Below, one piece after another: positions 48,182-60,637 of a stretch of 64,000 nt of DNA; positions within the stretch are counted from its first letter, which is position 1, and every line of letters begins with the position of its first letter. Source of the stretch: Curvularia clavata (taxonomy: Eukaryota); NCBI GenBank assembly GCA_023920165.1, contig CP089275.1, positions 1 through 64,000 of the forward strand, in the 5' to 3' direction. A model generated the notes under the pieces. That model saw only the letters and a list, made by a program, of their open reading frames with translations. It was not told the DNA's origin and did no database searches. Both the position numbers and the translations under genes were made by a program.

Positions 48182-49449
48182 CGATCAATTAACACAGTCC
48201 ATGGCCATGGTCGATGAGAGCCCCTTGTGGCTGGTCTAATGGAAGCCCAACTATTTGTCGACGGTTAGAAGATGAGAAGATGTAGCCGTGAATCAACATG
48301 GTGGGCATCTCGACACCGTTGACACGAAACTGCGCCACAATGTGGGGGATACTTCCCGCCCCGCCAAGCCCGATCAGTAGGCAAGCACTCGCCTCAGCTA
48401 TACTATATACCGCACATGCTAGGTCGTAGATGTGGAAAATGAAGAGAAATATACGATATCTTCAGTATAGCTCGATTATCGTGCGACACCCTTTTCAGTC
48501 CCGCAAGTACGTTATCTAAATAAATCCGATTACATCTTGACCTGCTAAACAGTCGCCAAAAGGTTGAACATTTGTATACGCCTGCCTTGTATACACCTAC
48601 CACCTAGACCTACTTCCTTGAGATGACATTAATCTAGAGCCAATCTTAGTGAACATATAATTAGTAGATCAAAAGCTCTGCTTTTCAAGACCTAGGCGAC
48701 CTTGCGCGCCTACTCCTCAGTATTTAGTAATACTACATCTAGTGCGTCTCGACATTGTTCCAGATCTCACTAACCAAAGGCCACGCTCGGCACTAAGATA
48801 CCACGGATCTAACTAGATACCCTAGCATCCAGGTCTACTGCCCCGCTTCGCGTGCTCTTGGCCCTAACCCGACACACGCAATCGGGGCCGGGTACCATGC
48901 CATCTCTATCTTACTAGAGCTGTGAACAACCTCAGAGGCATTCGAAGGATCTTGGTAAACATTTGTAACGCTGCGCTCAGCGAGCAATCTGCGTAGGGTG
49001 GGATTTACGCGGTACGACATTATTCGCTAGTCACTTTCTGCTTCTGGCTTTCCAAGGGAGAAAAGAAAGAGAGAGAGAGACAGAGAGAGATGGTAATGCA
49101 AAAACCTGCCAGCCGGCCCGCCGGGAGGAGAAAGTTTAAATACAATAAGCAAGCCGAGCCAAACTGAATCTCTGGCTTGAACTGGCTTGACTTGGCTTAT
49201 AAGCCTATTAAGCTAGTAGGTAGTAGCTCTAACTATATAAGATACAGCTTTGATCAAATCAGTATAGTCAATGAAACAAAGATATTCAATTTGCATTCAT
49301 CCTAGGATTATTTGTTACGACAAGACCAGGAATGACGTAGGTCTGTCTTAGCGTTTGCAGCGATCAGAAAACACCTATTACCGCGTGACTAGGGCATTAG
49401 GAAGGCCGAGGTCTATTCGTTGGTTTGAGGTTGACAGAGTTCAGGGTCG

Positions 49450-51083
49450 CTAGGTCAAAGCGCCCCTCTTAATGGCTGTGTCGGTGTATGCATTTACCTC
49501 ATGGTTCTTGAATTCCCTAGCTCGGACACCTTGTGCGAACAATATGTCGATCTCCTCGAACGTGCGTCCTTTGGTCTCAGGTAGCCGGAAAAAGGTCCAG
49601 ATAAAGAAGACGAATGCACAGCCACCCCAGAAAAATCCTGTTTTTCCCTTCCAGCCACCAGCTGTTGGGTTGAGCATGTAAGGATTGACAACATTGCTGA
49701 TGATCTGTGCGATGTAATAAACTATGCGGCTGAGGCAAACACTCTTGCTACGCAATCGAGTTGAGGAGACCTCGGTGATGATGGCGTAACACATTGGTCC
49801 AACGGTGAGATAGTAGATCGCGAGCCACCCAAGCATCAGACCAGCCTGAGCATAGTTTCCTTGCGATGATCTGGCATCGCCAGCACTTATAGCGCCGACA
49901 GTTATGAGAATCGCAGTAAGTCCACCTAAGCCCCAAAGGTAGATGGTTCGACGGCCGCAGTAGGACATGAGAAACCAGGATACGACCGTGCCAACCGATG
50001 CAATGCCCAGACCACCAATAGACATCTTGAAAGAAATGCTGCTGGGAAGACCGGCCTGAACGAAAAAATATGTTGGAGTGCCGCCCATAGCTGAGCCACA
50101 GAGGGGCTGAGCGGCAAAAGCCATGCAAGCAATCTCGGTACGACGCAGGTCGATCCCCTTAAAGCATTGGTAGTAAGACGTATCCTTGCTAAGAAACACT
50201 TCCAGCTCGTTTGTATGGACCATCATTGCGACCTTCTGCTTGATTGAGTCTAGCTGGGACGGTGAAGAAAGACGTTTCAACATCTTTTCTGCCATTCTAA
50301 GGTTGCCTTTACGGACGTAGTGCCACGGTGACTCGGGAGCGCTGAAGAGTACCAGGAAGAGGGGAATAGGCCAAACCCACTGGATGGCAAATGGAATGCG
50401 ATACGACCATTGGCTGGTACCACCAGAGAATGCCGACTGTACACCTGCAGAGATTAGTTGTCCAAAAGCCCAACAGAGATTGACATATACGGCGAGATAT
50501 CCCCGCAAGGCCATGGGGCAGATCTCGCTCGCATATGCAGGTGCCATAGTTGCGAAAACGCCCTGTAAGCATTGGTGAAAGCTCCAAGCTTTCTCAACTG
50601 AGCACTTACCCATGGTATACCGCAGAGAAATTGGCCTACAAGTAGAACGGGCAAACTGGGCGCGGAGAACGAGATAGTGATAAAAGCGCAAATGAAGACC
50701 AAAGAAGTGAGAAGGACCGGACGGTAGCCATATCTGTGGCAGAAGTATCCATTGGCAAAGGCACCGATGATAGTCCCACACCCAACGGCGTTGCCAAGTC
50801 CAGCCTGCCAGGAGGCCGTAATCTGACAGGCTCCGCTAGAATCGCACTGACCGTACCGGCGAGCGAAGGCAGGCTGGGCGAAGAAAGAGTAGATGAGGAC
50901 AATGTCGTAGCCTTCCATGATGATACAGGTCGACAATAAGACGGACCACATCACCGATTTGGGGTGAAGTCGGAGGGCTTGCCAGGGTGTAAGATCATGC
51001 TCGTTCTCAGCCGCCTGCCTCGCCTGATGAAATCTTTCATCGTGCTCATCCAGGATGATTTCGTTCTTGGTCAGGGTAGACAT
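49450..51083 (-). CDS. Sugar porter, maltose/alpha-glucoside permease-like
   Basis: Motifs IMEGYD, AYASEICP, PESPW, DLRRTEI, GRRTIY, LPETKGRTFEEIDILF. Intron at 50563-50609. Confidence 0.93.
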
Positions 51084-51263
51084 GATAATACTTAATGCTG
51101 TTGGGCGCAACTGTATAGTACAATAGAGAAGATGGCCGACTTGAGATCCACGCAAGTAGTGATAAGCAGGGATATATAGTTGCGTTATCGAGGGAGAGTA
51201 ACATCGCGCAGTCTCGCCCTTCAATCTAATCTCAGGCCCCCATCGGAGCAAAAGGCCCATAAC

Positions 51264-51396
51264 CTGGGGTAAAATCCGGCTGGGGTTGCATGTGGAGAAG
51301 CAGGGGAGGCGTTAACGAACCAGGTGATACGAGCTACGGCGGGGCCGACCAGCCCCGGTGGGCAATCCGCCCAAGATTTCGCAATACAGTCTCCAC
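51264..51396. promoter_or_regulatory. Cluster of CreA-type SYGGRG carbon-catabolite repression motifs upstream of the sugar porter
   Basis: CTGGGG at 51264 and 51280, GTGGAG at 51292, GCGGGG at 51339, CCCCGG at 51353, CTCCAC at 51391. Confidence 0.5.
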
Positions 51397-51614
51397 TTGT
51401 GGGCAGTGTGGACTAATAGGATAGCAGTTAATTTCGATTACGAGACAATTTTCGAAAATTTTGAGTGCGCAGGAAAAAGATCTCTATGCATTGGGTTTGC
51501 GATTACGAAGGAAGTTGGCTTCGAAGTCAAATTTTTGTCTGTGTCAGAAAAGCGCCTAAATTCACCTTTATGAGGATCCATCGGTATGGGGACGAACGCG
51601 CAAGATCAATATTC

Positions 51615-54437
51615 TCAAACCAGCGCCAAGCACCAAGGAAAGATTAGAGAGCTCTGGATCGTGGCATTCCTCTCGGTACACGCCATGGTCTCAAGTATCC
51701 CACTCAATGACTTTATGTAGCACTCCTCAATACCCCATGTGAATTTTGGCGCTGTATTGCCCGTGTTGACACACTCTTGTGACCCCGCCAGAAGAAGGCT
51801 CCGTCCTTCCCGAAGAATATTAGGGGCAGCTTGAGGATCGAGGATGTTGCCAACCCTCGAAATGTTGGGACACATCCTATGACCAACGCGTACGAACAGC
51901 TGCACCAGCTCATCATCCAAAGGTCGGTCCAGATGACAGAAGTTTGGCTCTGGAACACCATCTGTGCCGCTGAAGATAGCCTCAGACACTTCTGGCAGTT
52001 GCATTGTCACACAGAACGACCACAAAGTGAGGGTTGCGATAAAAATGGCGTAGGGCTCTTGCACACTGTCTCGACTGTACCTTCGTACATGCCAGTAAAG
52101 CGCAGCACAGTGAATCACAGCAAGCCTGGCCTTATATCTATCTCCAATGACCCACTGCAGTAACTCATTTCGTGCGCGATCTAGACGAATCCGGCCGTCA
52201 GTCTGAGCTCCGTACTGAGTAATATCTGTCAGATCCCTCGCGAAGGATTGAATGCAACCAGTAGGCGTGAGTATTGTGATACGTGCGAGGTGCAGTTGTA
52301 AGATCGTATGGTGTTCAAACCCAGAGAATGTTGCCACTTTGCTGTTGGCATGCCAGTGCAATATGTCCAAGGAGTCGCAAGCACTGTTGCGCCACTTGGA
52401 ACCTATCTGAGTCGATGGAAGCCAGTCCAAAGGTAGACGATTGTGTTGAGTGGCGCTTCGATCTTCTGCTATCGCTGAAGGAACCCACGATCTCAGTCGA
52501 CTTGCCGTCAGCATATCCTTTGTATGGCGGTAGATCGCATGTATCAGTATTCCCACACTGAACTCGTTAAGACCCACCGGTAATCTCTTCTCCATGTAGA
52601 GAACCTCGAGGGCCTCAGACAACGTCATAGATTGGGAAAACTCATGCTCTGGACGATTCTGCAAGCTGCCCTGCCATATTTCTTCGCATGACGGCAGTTT
52701 GGTTCTCACATCATCAAGGTTCAACAAAGGTCGAACCCCAAATTCGTACATTATTGAACAGTCGAATAACTGTTTTAATCAGCTGATAACATTAATGATG
52801 AAAAGTTGATGCTACATACCCAGAGCGAGATCCCAGTTCGGATTCTCGCTTCGCTCCTCAACCAGCATGGTGAGCCAGGAGTACTGTTCTCGGAGCTTAG
52901 TTCGAGGAGTTTTAGTGAGCGACAGCTATTGACAAGATCATGACGCACTCTCAGTGCCTTGTCCATGGATCCCTGCGTTCCTGACTGCAGTAGGCAAACA
53001 AGGTGCAGTATACCAGCTTGCAGAGTTTGAAAATCAGCTGGACTGGTTTTCATCAGATTTCCACCTGGTATGTATAAATCATTGTCGATGACATTGTCGG
53101 ATACGGAGTAACGACCATGTTTGCAACGATCAAGCGCAGCGTCTAGCCTTGCCGAGAGGATATTGTATGAATCTCGAGATCTGGGAACGAATCTGGACCC
53201 TACGGCAGCAACAGCAAGGAGAAGCAGCCATCTCTGGGTGCTTTCTTCTTTGAAAGTCGTTTTACGCAAGAAAGGGAAGACCGGGTTGAAGCGGGCAAAG
53301 TACTGCTGCACATAGAGCTCAATATGCGCATGAGAAGGGAACGCCGTTGATTCGACGCCTGATTCGTTCAAATCAAGTCTGTGGTGTCTGAGTTTATCAA
53401 GCAATGTACAGTACGCTTCCTCAGAGCATATTGTAGATGAGCAGGATGAGTAAGCTGCTTCCGGTACATTGGCTGTCTTGGGACCAGTCGGTAGCGCTTG
53501 ATCAATAGCAAGTGAGCCGCGATCGTGGTATCGGCCTCTGAATGGCGCACGTGAGCCATCGCCGTTAACATAGTATTCTGCACTAGCGGTGAGGGGCGTT
53601 TGCGTACTCTGCGCACTGTCACAACTCGAAGTTTCAATCACCAAAGAGGTAGATTGGTGGGTTTGCTGACGGAAATTGTGATTCATGTCATGCACCGTTG
53701 GGATAATGGTGTCTGTTGTTTGTTGTTCGCGCGGGTCAAGTGGGGACTTCCCAGTGCCATTGTTGGGTAACATGTTCCAGTCAATATCGTACTGATATCC
53801 AGGCGAGATCCAATTGATGCCTAGTGGCCCAAGATCGGGAAGGTCAACATCGTAAAGCGTGACAACGTCGCCCAATGACGCACCCCAGATGCTGTTCTCC
53901 TCTCCGGGTTCACTGGGAGCTGCGTTTTCCTGACGCATCGCAGTACCATCGCCTGACGGGATCTGTACTTCACTGTCGATTGCACCGGTTTCATGGGCCA
54001 TTTCAATCAAGGCGCTTGAACTCAAGTTTTCGGGTTCGGCCGACTGCATCCCTCTCTGTTCGCTGGTATTGCTTTGTGAAACTGCTTTGCCTGAGGCAGG
54101 GTAGCAACATGGCAAGTTGCGACTCGAGCATCTCTTGCATGGTAAACTCCGTGAACAGCGAACGCGGTCAAGCGCACACTGCTTGCATGCTCTGCTGGAA
54201 ACAGGTGTTGCTGACACTTCGTTTTGCTGCTCATGTGATGCCTTGTGACGGGTCAAGACATCACCGATCTCGGTCAGATGTCGTCTCCAGTACTCAGAAG
54301 ATAGCTTACAGTCGGGAAAACCGTTTTTCGCAGAAGGAGCATCTGTATGGCTTTTCGTGTGTATGTGTGCGAAAATGGCGGGTGAGATGCTCTGGCCTGC
54401 GAAATGTTTGGTTACAAACAGAGCAGCTGATATGCAT
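51615..54437 (-). CDS. Transcription factor with two C2H2 fingers, a Zn2Cys6 cluster and a fungal TF domain (first intron acceptor non-canonical)
   Basis: [48 protein letters not shown], then [29 protein letters not shown], then [12 protein letters not shown]. Introns at 54264-54309 and 52770-52819. Confidence 0.85.
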
Positions 54438-54738
54438 CTTTGGCAGCGACTGAGATGATATCACGCAGGCCGGTGAAGGAACAACTAAAGCACCAACACC
54501 TTGGTCATGGCGCTGTTCGACGACTCTTCTAGCGAGCGTGATGAGTGGGCTATCTGATGTTTAGGGAACCAGAAAGACAGTGCGGGGTTGTCTGCACAGC
54601 TGACCAGATTTTCGTATTGAGACTAGTAAGTACCAGCCGGGAAGCGGGAAGATATATTCGACCATATTATTGCACGACATCTTGGTCTAAGGCATTGATC
54701 TCTACTAGACTCATGTTTTAAGAATTGCACATCGTTGT

Positions 54739-56828
54739 TTATGGCCTGATAAATACAGGCATTTCCTGCAAAGGAGACGCGGTCGTAATATAGATGCCAC
54801 CCTCGTAGGTATCTTCGCTCCATAGCCTCTGCCACTTCTTGCCATCACTCAGCTTTGGTAGATACACCGCCGTCTGCGTCTGACCCTCCGAAAAAACAGG
54901 GCAGCAGAGATACTTGTCGCCAAACATGTACTGTTCCTCGACTTCCCAACAGATAGGATCATCCGGGAACTCGAAGAAGAGCGTCCTCATGACTGGGGTG
55001 CCATACTCGTGAGCTTCCTTCATAAGCTTTCGCGTGTAAGGTCTAAGCTCTTCGCGAAACTGCATGTACCTTTTGCAGATCTCAAACACCTCCGACCCGT
55101 ATGACCACACCTCGTTGTCTGCACCGCTGCGACATGATGCTCCTCCAGTATTACCGACCTTCGCCTGCCTTGGCTCGCGATCGCCATGAAGTCTCATGAC
55201 AGGGCAAAACGCTCCCCATTGGAACCATCGCACGAACAACTCCCGGAACTTAGGGTCTTTGGGATCACCCCCGTGGAAACCACCAATATCTGTTGTTCAA
55301 AATAAGCCTTCAATTCAAGCTGGGACTGGAAGGAGGCTACCTGTTGTCCACCAGGGAATTCCGGCAATGCCCATAGATAACCCAGCCGCCAGTTGGTCTC
55401 GGAAGCTGCTCCACGAGGAAGCAATGTCGCCACTCCATACAAGCGCACCGTACTTTTGACTGCCTGCCCAAGCACAACGAACAAGATTGACAACTCCAGT
55501 CTGTCCCTCATCTACCATACCCTCGTAAAAGGCACGCGAGTATTCTCGTGGAAAGATGTTGCCGACGGCCAGGTTGGATCCAAGATGATACCTGTAGTTG
55601 TCGAAGTCGTACACCGTGTACTCGGGCTCAGCTTCATCCAACCAGAAAGCCTTGATGCCCTTTGAGTAGTAGTTTTGCTTCGCCTTAGCCCAAACGTACT
55701 TTCGCGATGCTGGATTGGTGGGATCGAAATGTATAGTGACGCCCTGGAATGTCATAGCGATGCGCTCGCCGCGCTCTGTGCGAATGAGCAAACCCTTCTC
55801 CAGCATCTCGTTATAGTTCTCGGACTTGCGATCGACTGTTGGCCAGATGGAGACCATGAGTTCGATACCCATATCTTGCAACTCCTTGACCATGGCGTTT
55901 GGATTCGGCCAATACGTCTCGTCAAAGCGCCAATCACCCTGTTTCGGCCAGTGCTGAAGCCAGTCAATACGGGGTTTGAACGGGGTTTTAGTCTCCTGCA
56001 ACTCACAAAAAAGTCTACCACGATCAAATCAATCGGCAATTGGAGTCGTTTGTACTCTCGTGCAACATTGAGAAGCTCATCCTGGGTCTGGTAACGCAAC
56101 TTGCATTGCCAGAAACCGAGGCCATATTCTGGCATCATGGGTACCTTGCCAGTGGCCTCGGCGTATGTCTCAATAATCTGCGCTGGCGTCTCTCCTGCCA
56201 CGATCCAGTAGTCCAAGACCGTTGTTGACCGTGCCTCGAAGCTCATGATGTTTTTGCCAAAGATCGCTGTCCCAACGGACGGATTGTTCCACAGGAAGCC
56301 ATAGCCACGAGAAGATAGCGCAAACGGTACGCTGGCCTGAGAGTTGCGGTGCGCAAGTTCGATCTGAGTTCCTTTGATATCCAGGTACGGCTGCTGGTAC
56401 TGTCCCATGCCATAGATCTTCTCCTTTGGATCAAGGCTCTCGAACCTAGCCGTGAGATGATACTCACCACCAATGATTGGTTTGAACTCGCGCGCTTCAA
56501 TCTCGAGAGCGCTACATTTTGGATCTGTAAGCTCTCGCCGGTTCCGAGCAAACTCCTCGAGCAGGACTTTTCCACTGTCATCACGGACAGTCACTTTGCC
56601 CCGCTGCGTTACTGTAGCGCTGATACGGCCATTCACCAGGGTAGCGCATTTATCTGTGATGTTGACATCTGATTTGGTGGGCTTGACTTGAAGCAGCGCC
56701 CAGTCCTCGGTAGGCATGCTACTGGCTTTGGTGGCACGAACGCGGAGAGAGTTTTTGCCCCACGGTTCGATCCATAGCCGTTCTGCATCGTACGCAAATA
56801 CAAGACGACCGTTCTCGTGGAGGAACAT
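54739..56828 (-). CDS. Glycoside hydrolase family 31 (alpha-xylosidase/alpha-glucosidase-like), no signal peptide
   Basis: GFWQCKLRY, nucleophile motif FWLDEAEPE, VWSGDI, RWFQWGAFCPVMRLHG. Introns at about 55954-56006 and 55290-55340. Confidence 0.93.
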
Positions 56829-57422
56829 TGTTAAGCTGAAGAGAAGCGTATCCGTGGTTCTTTCAGAGATGTCTGTCGAAAAGCGGTTCGAGTGAAGCCA
56901 CGCATCAGTATATGCACACAGCTTTGAAGGCAAGCCAAAACGCTGCGGCCGCGAGACCGTGACAAAGGAACATCATTAATGTGGATCAGCGGGGTCCACC
57001 AGGCTCGTGTACCGGTACATGTAAGAACAGTACACTTTCCCCTTGTTGTTCGGAGAGAAGGATTCGTCTCCATGCGCCTCCACCGGAGAGTGAGGGGAAG
57101 GCGCGCTCGCAAAGTGGGCTAGCATGGTCTCCACCGGAGGATTCGAAACGCATTCCCGAGAAGACCAGCAAAGCATCGAGGCCGATTCTTCGATGCAGCC
57201 ACGCTGCGCACCCATATCACATCTATACGCCGCCCCTCTGCGTCTGGTTGGATCCAGCGAATGTAATGGACGCTTTGTCGCACGATTGAGTGCGGGGGTT
57301 GCAGGCATGGGATATCAAGAAGATTGTGTGCTGAGTATGTTGTACGGATTATCGTTTTAGTGTTAACTAACTATAGCTTAGCTTGGCTTATTCGGTGGCT
57401 TCAGTGGTTCTGGTAATCCATA

Positions 57423-59277
57423 ACGTGTTCCACGGGCGAGCGCCGCACACGGGCGAGCGCCGCACCCCACCAAACTTGCACACCTCTCCTATCTCAACGA
57501 ACAATGGCTCAACGTAGCGCTGCTATTTTAGTTTCAGATGAATCAGATATTCAGCTTGCTATTTCTTCAATTAGTTCTAACCAAATCCTAAGTAATCGTC
57601 AAGCTGCTGCTATCTATAGCGTGTCTGAACGAACAATCCGCCGCCGACGCGCTGGTATCCCTACACGACGCGATTGCCAACCCAACTTAAAAAATCTGAC
57701 CCAGCTAGAAGAGGAGGTGATTGTTAGCCATATACTTGATCTAGATCAGCGTGGATTCGCGCCCACGTACGCAGCCGTGCGCGATATGGCTGATAAGCTA
57801 TTAGCTACGCGTAGTGGAGGGCGCGTTGGAGTTAACTGGCCGTCTACTTTTGTCAAACGTACAGACAGTCTTACAACGCGTTTCAATCGAGCGTACGATA
57901 GGCAGAGAGCTCTATGTGAAGATCCAGTCTTAATCAAGAGCTGGTTTGAGCTTGTGGAGCAGACGAAGGCCAAGTACGGCATCTGTGATGAGGACGTCTA
58001 CAACTTCGACGAAGCTGGCTTTATAATGGGCAAGATCACTACTCAGCTTATCATTACAGCGTCAGAGAGAAGAAGCCAGCCAAAGGCTATCCAGCCAGGT
58101 GGTCGCGAGTGGGTGACGTTTATCACTGCGGTTAACGCAGCTAGCTGGTCTATCCCACCGTTTCTAATCTTTACTAGCAAATATCATCTATCTGCCTGGT
58201 ACGAGGAGGCAGAAATCCCACGCGACTGGGCGATCGCAGTTAGCGATAACGGTTAGACGACTAATAAGTTAGGAGTTAAGTGGCTAAAGCACTTCATCAA
58301 GCATACAGATGGCAAGGTTGTTGGGGCACGCCGGCTGCTTATTCTTAACGGCCATAAGAGCCACCAGTCACTTGAGTTCCAAGAGCTCTACAAGGAGAAC
58401 AATATCTACACTCTCTGTATGCCGCCTCACTCGTCTCACTTACTCCAGCCTCTTAACGTTGGCTGCTTCTCGCCATTAAAGCGCGCGTATAGTCGTGAGG
58501 TGGAGAGTCTAATACGCAACCACATCAACCATATCACCAAGCTCGAGTTTCTGCCAGCGTTTAAGGTAGCCTTTAATCAATCATTCGTATCAGCCAATAT
58601 CTGCTCAGCTTTTCGAGGCGCAGGCCTTATTCCTCTCCAGCCAGAAGCTGTTCTATCAAAGCTTGACGTACAGCTGCGTACACCTACTCCTCCAGCTACT
58701 CTTACAGAAGCTCTCTAGCAGGCCTGTACGCCAGACAACCTACGCGAGCTTGAAGCTCAATCAACGCTAATAAGTAATCGCATTCGACGGCATAAAAGCT
58801 TATCACCAGCGTCAATTATTACAGCAATTAGCCAGCTTAAGAAGGGGGCAGAGATAATAATGCTCTCAGCTGAGCTAATGCGCGATCGAATCGCCAGCCT
58901 TGAAAAGGCTAATAAGGCAGCCACAAAGCGTAGACAGCGTAGAAAGAAGCGAATACAGAAGCGAGGAGTGCTTACAAAGGGAGCTGGGGAGGATATAATT
59001 GCTTAACGTGAGGCTGATGAGCAGATTGCTTATGAAGAGCGTCAGGGAGGAGAGCGATCAGGTGTCAGCCGCCAGGCTCTTGCGCGCTGCAGTAGGTGTA
59101 GAGAGACTGGCCACAATTCACGTACATGTAAGAAAGATACTCTAGATAATAATTAATATGTATTTTTGATATATATTAAAAATATTAAGATATGGTGGAG
59201 CTACACGCTTATAGAGGTAGATGAAGTTGGTGGGGTGCGGCGCTCGCCCGTGTGCGGCGCTCGCCCGTGGAACACGT
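57423..59277 (+). mobile_element. pogo/Fot1-like transposon (1855 bp), lightly RIP-mutated, with a distinct TIR type
   Basis: TIR ACGTGTTCCACGGGCGAGCGCCGCA..., TA TSD. The transposase starts at 57504 and is open for 250 aa before TAG/TAA stops. Confidence 0.95.
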
Positions 59278-59279
59278 TA

Positions 59280-59810
59280 GGGTTTATGTCTTTTGGGTAT
59301 GTTCTTCAAACAAGCCAAACAGTTGCCTACTACCGTTTCTTCTTTCTTCCGCTGCTCCATGGCGCGGTATTCTATCTTGAATCGATTGATCTTTTCTTCC
59401 AAACTCAGTTCCTTCCGTTTCTTGGACTCGTGAGGAGTTGCGGGATACCAGCAGATGAGCCTCCGATTCATGCACCTCTTGCAGGGTTGACCACGGTAAC
59501 ATTGGACACGGTCAAGAGCGCTTTATCTGCACGCCTGCGATGAAGCCGTCGCAGTCAATCTGTTGTCGCCTTCTTCATGTGAAACTACATGGCGATTGAG
59601 AATTTCACTTTCCTGGACGGGTTAGTAAAAGCATTGTTATTTCAGAAAGCAGAATGGAAGCAACATGGAGAGAAAATGGTCAACCTACATATGCAAGAGT
59701 TACTTCTCGCAAAGGAAGTATTGGGAAGGCTTTTCGCGTGTATGTACGCGTTCGTGTTATGTGAAATGCCCTTGTCTTCCAAAGCTCTGGTTGCATATGG
59801 AGCAGCAGAG
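59280..59810 (-). pseudogene. Decayed paralog of the C2H2-C2H2-Zn2Cys6 TF N-terminus
   Basis: CSICNQSFGRQGHFT*HERVHTREKPSQYFLCEK*LLHI|EILNRHVVSHE...QACR*SALDRVQCYRGQPCKRCMNRRLICWYP, colinear with the TF at 54437. Confidence 0.85.
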
Positions 59811-60637
59811 TAGAGATGACCGTGTCCGCGAGGGACCCATAATCACGTTGGCTGCTTATGCGAGCTGTCTCTGGATAAAAATTCGGAGGCTACGAGAGTT
59901 GGACGCTGATTATAGCAATTATACATGCATAGGCACTACGCTGCTGCTACATTCAGCCCCTATGCAGATCGACACTCACTCCAACGGACAATTCACTACG
60001 AGTGCGACTGTTCTATCCTACACGTCGTTGATATAGATGCAAGAACGATTATCCGGACCATCTTCAATGCACAATCATTGATTAGTGTTTCAAACACCCT
60101 TTATCTTGAAACGATGTTGACCTGGACCTAATAGGAATATTGTCCAGATACACGTTTACAGCTTGGGAACATCATAGCACTTGAAATCTCAAAGGAATAT
60201 CACGAAAAATGACGCTAGAAACGGGAAAAATCCATTCATTTACAACGATTGCTGTTCCACGCAAAAAGATACTCATTCAAGCATTGTACGTTTCTATGCC
60301 TACTGTACCCCACCGGAGACATTATATTTCGACATGGTTCATGCGGGGTTACAGGCATCCCTTCTCCATCGGAAGTTCTACTAGATCTACCCAGACTTGG
60401 TAACGATTAATTTAATTTCGCGCTATTGTAACTCCACATCACTTTTTCCGGGACAGTACCACTTTTTCACACACGATGATGTATGCTTTTGAGAAAACGG
60501 GGATGAAAAAAAAAATCCCGGATTAATTTCCAATGCTAGTAGGAGTTTGCCGAAGATGTGCGCACATAAGAAGAGATTGATGTCCCATCCATTCGGGCAT
60601 GTTATCAGGTCTATGACCCGTACATTCTCGAGAAAAG

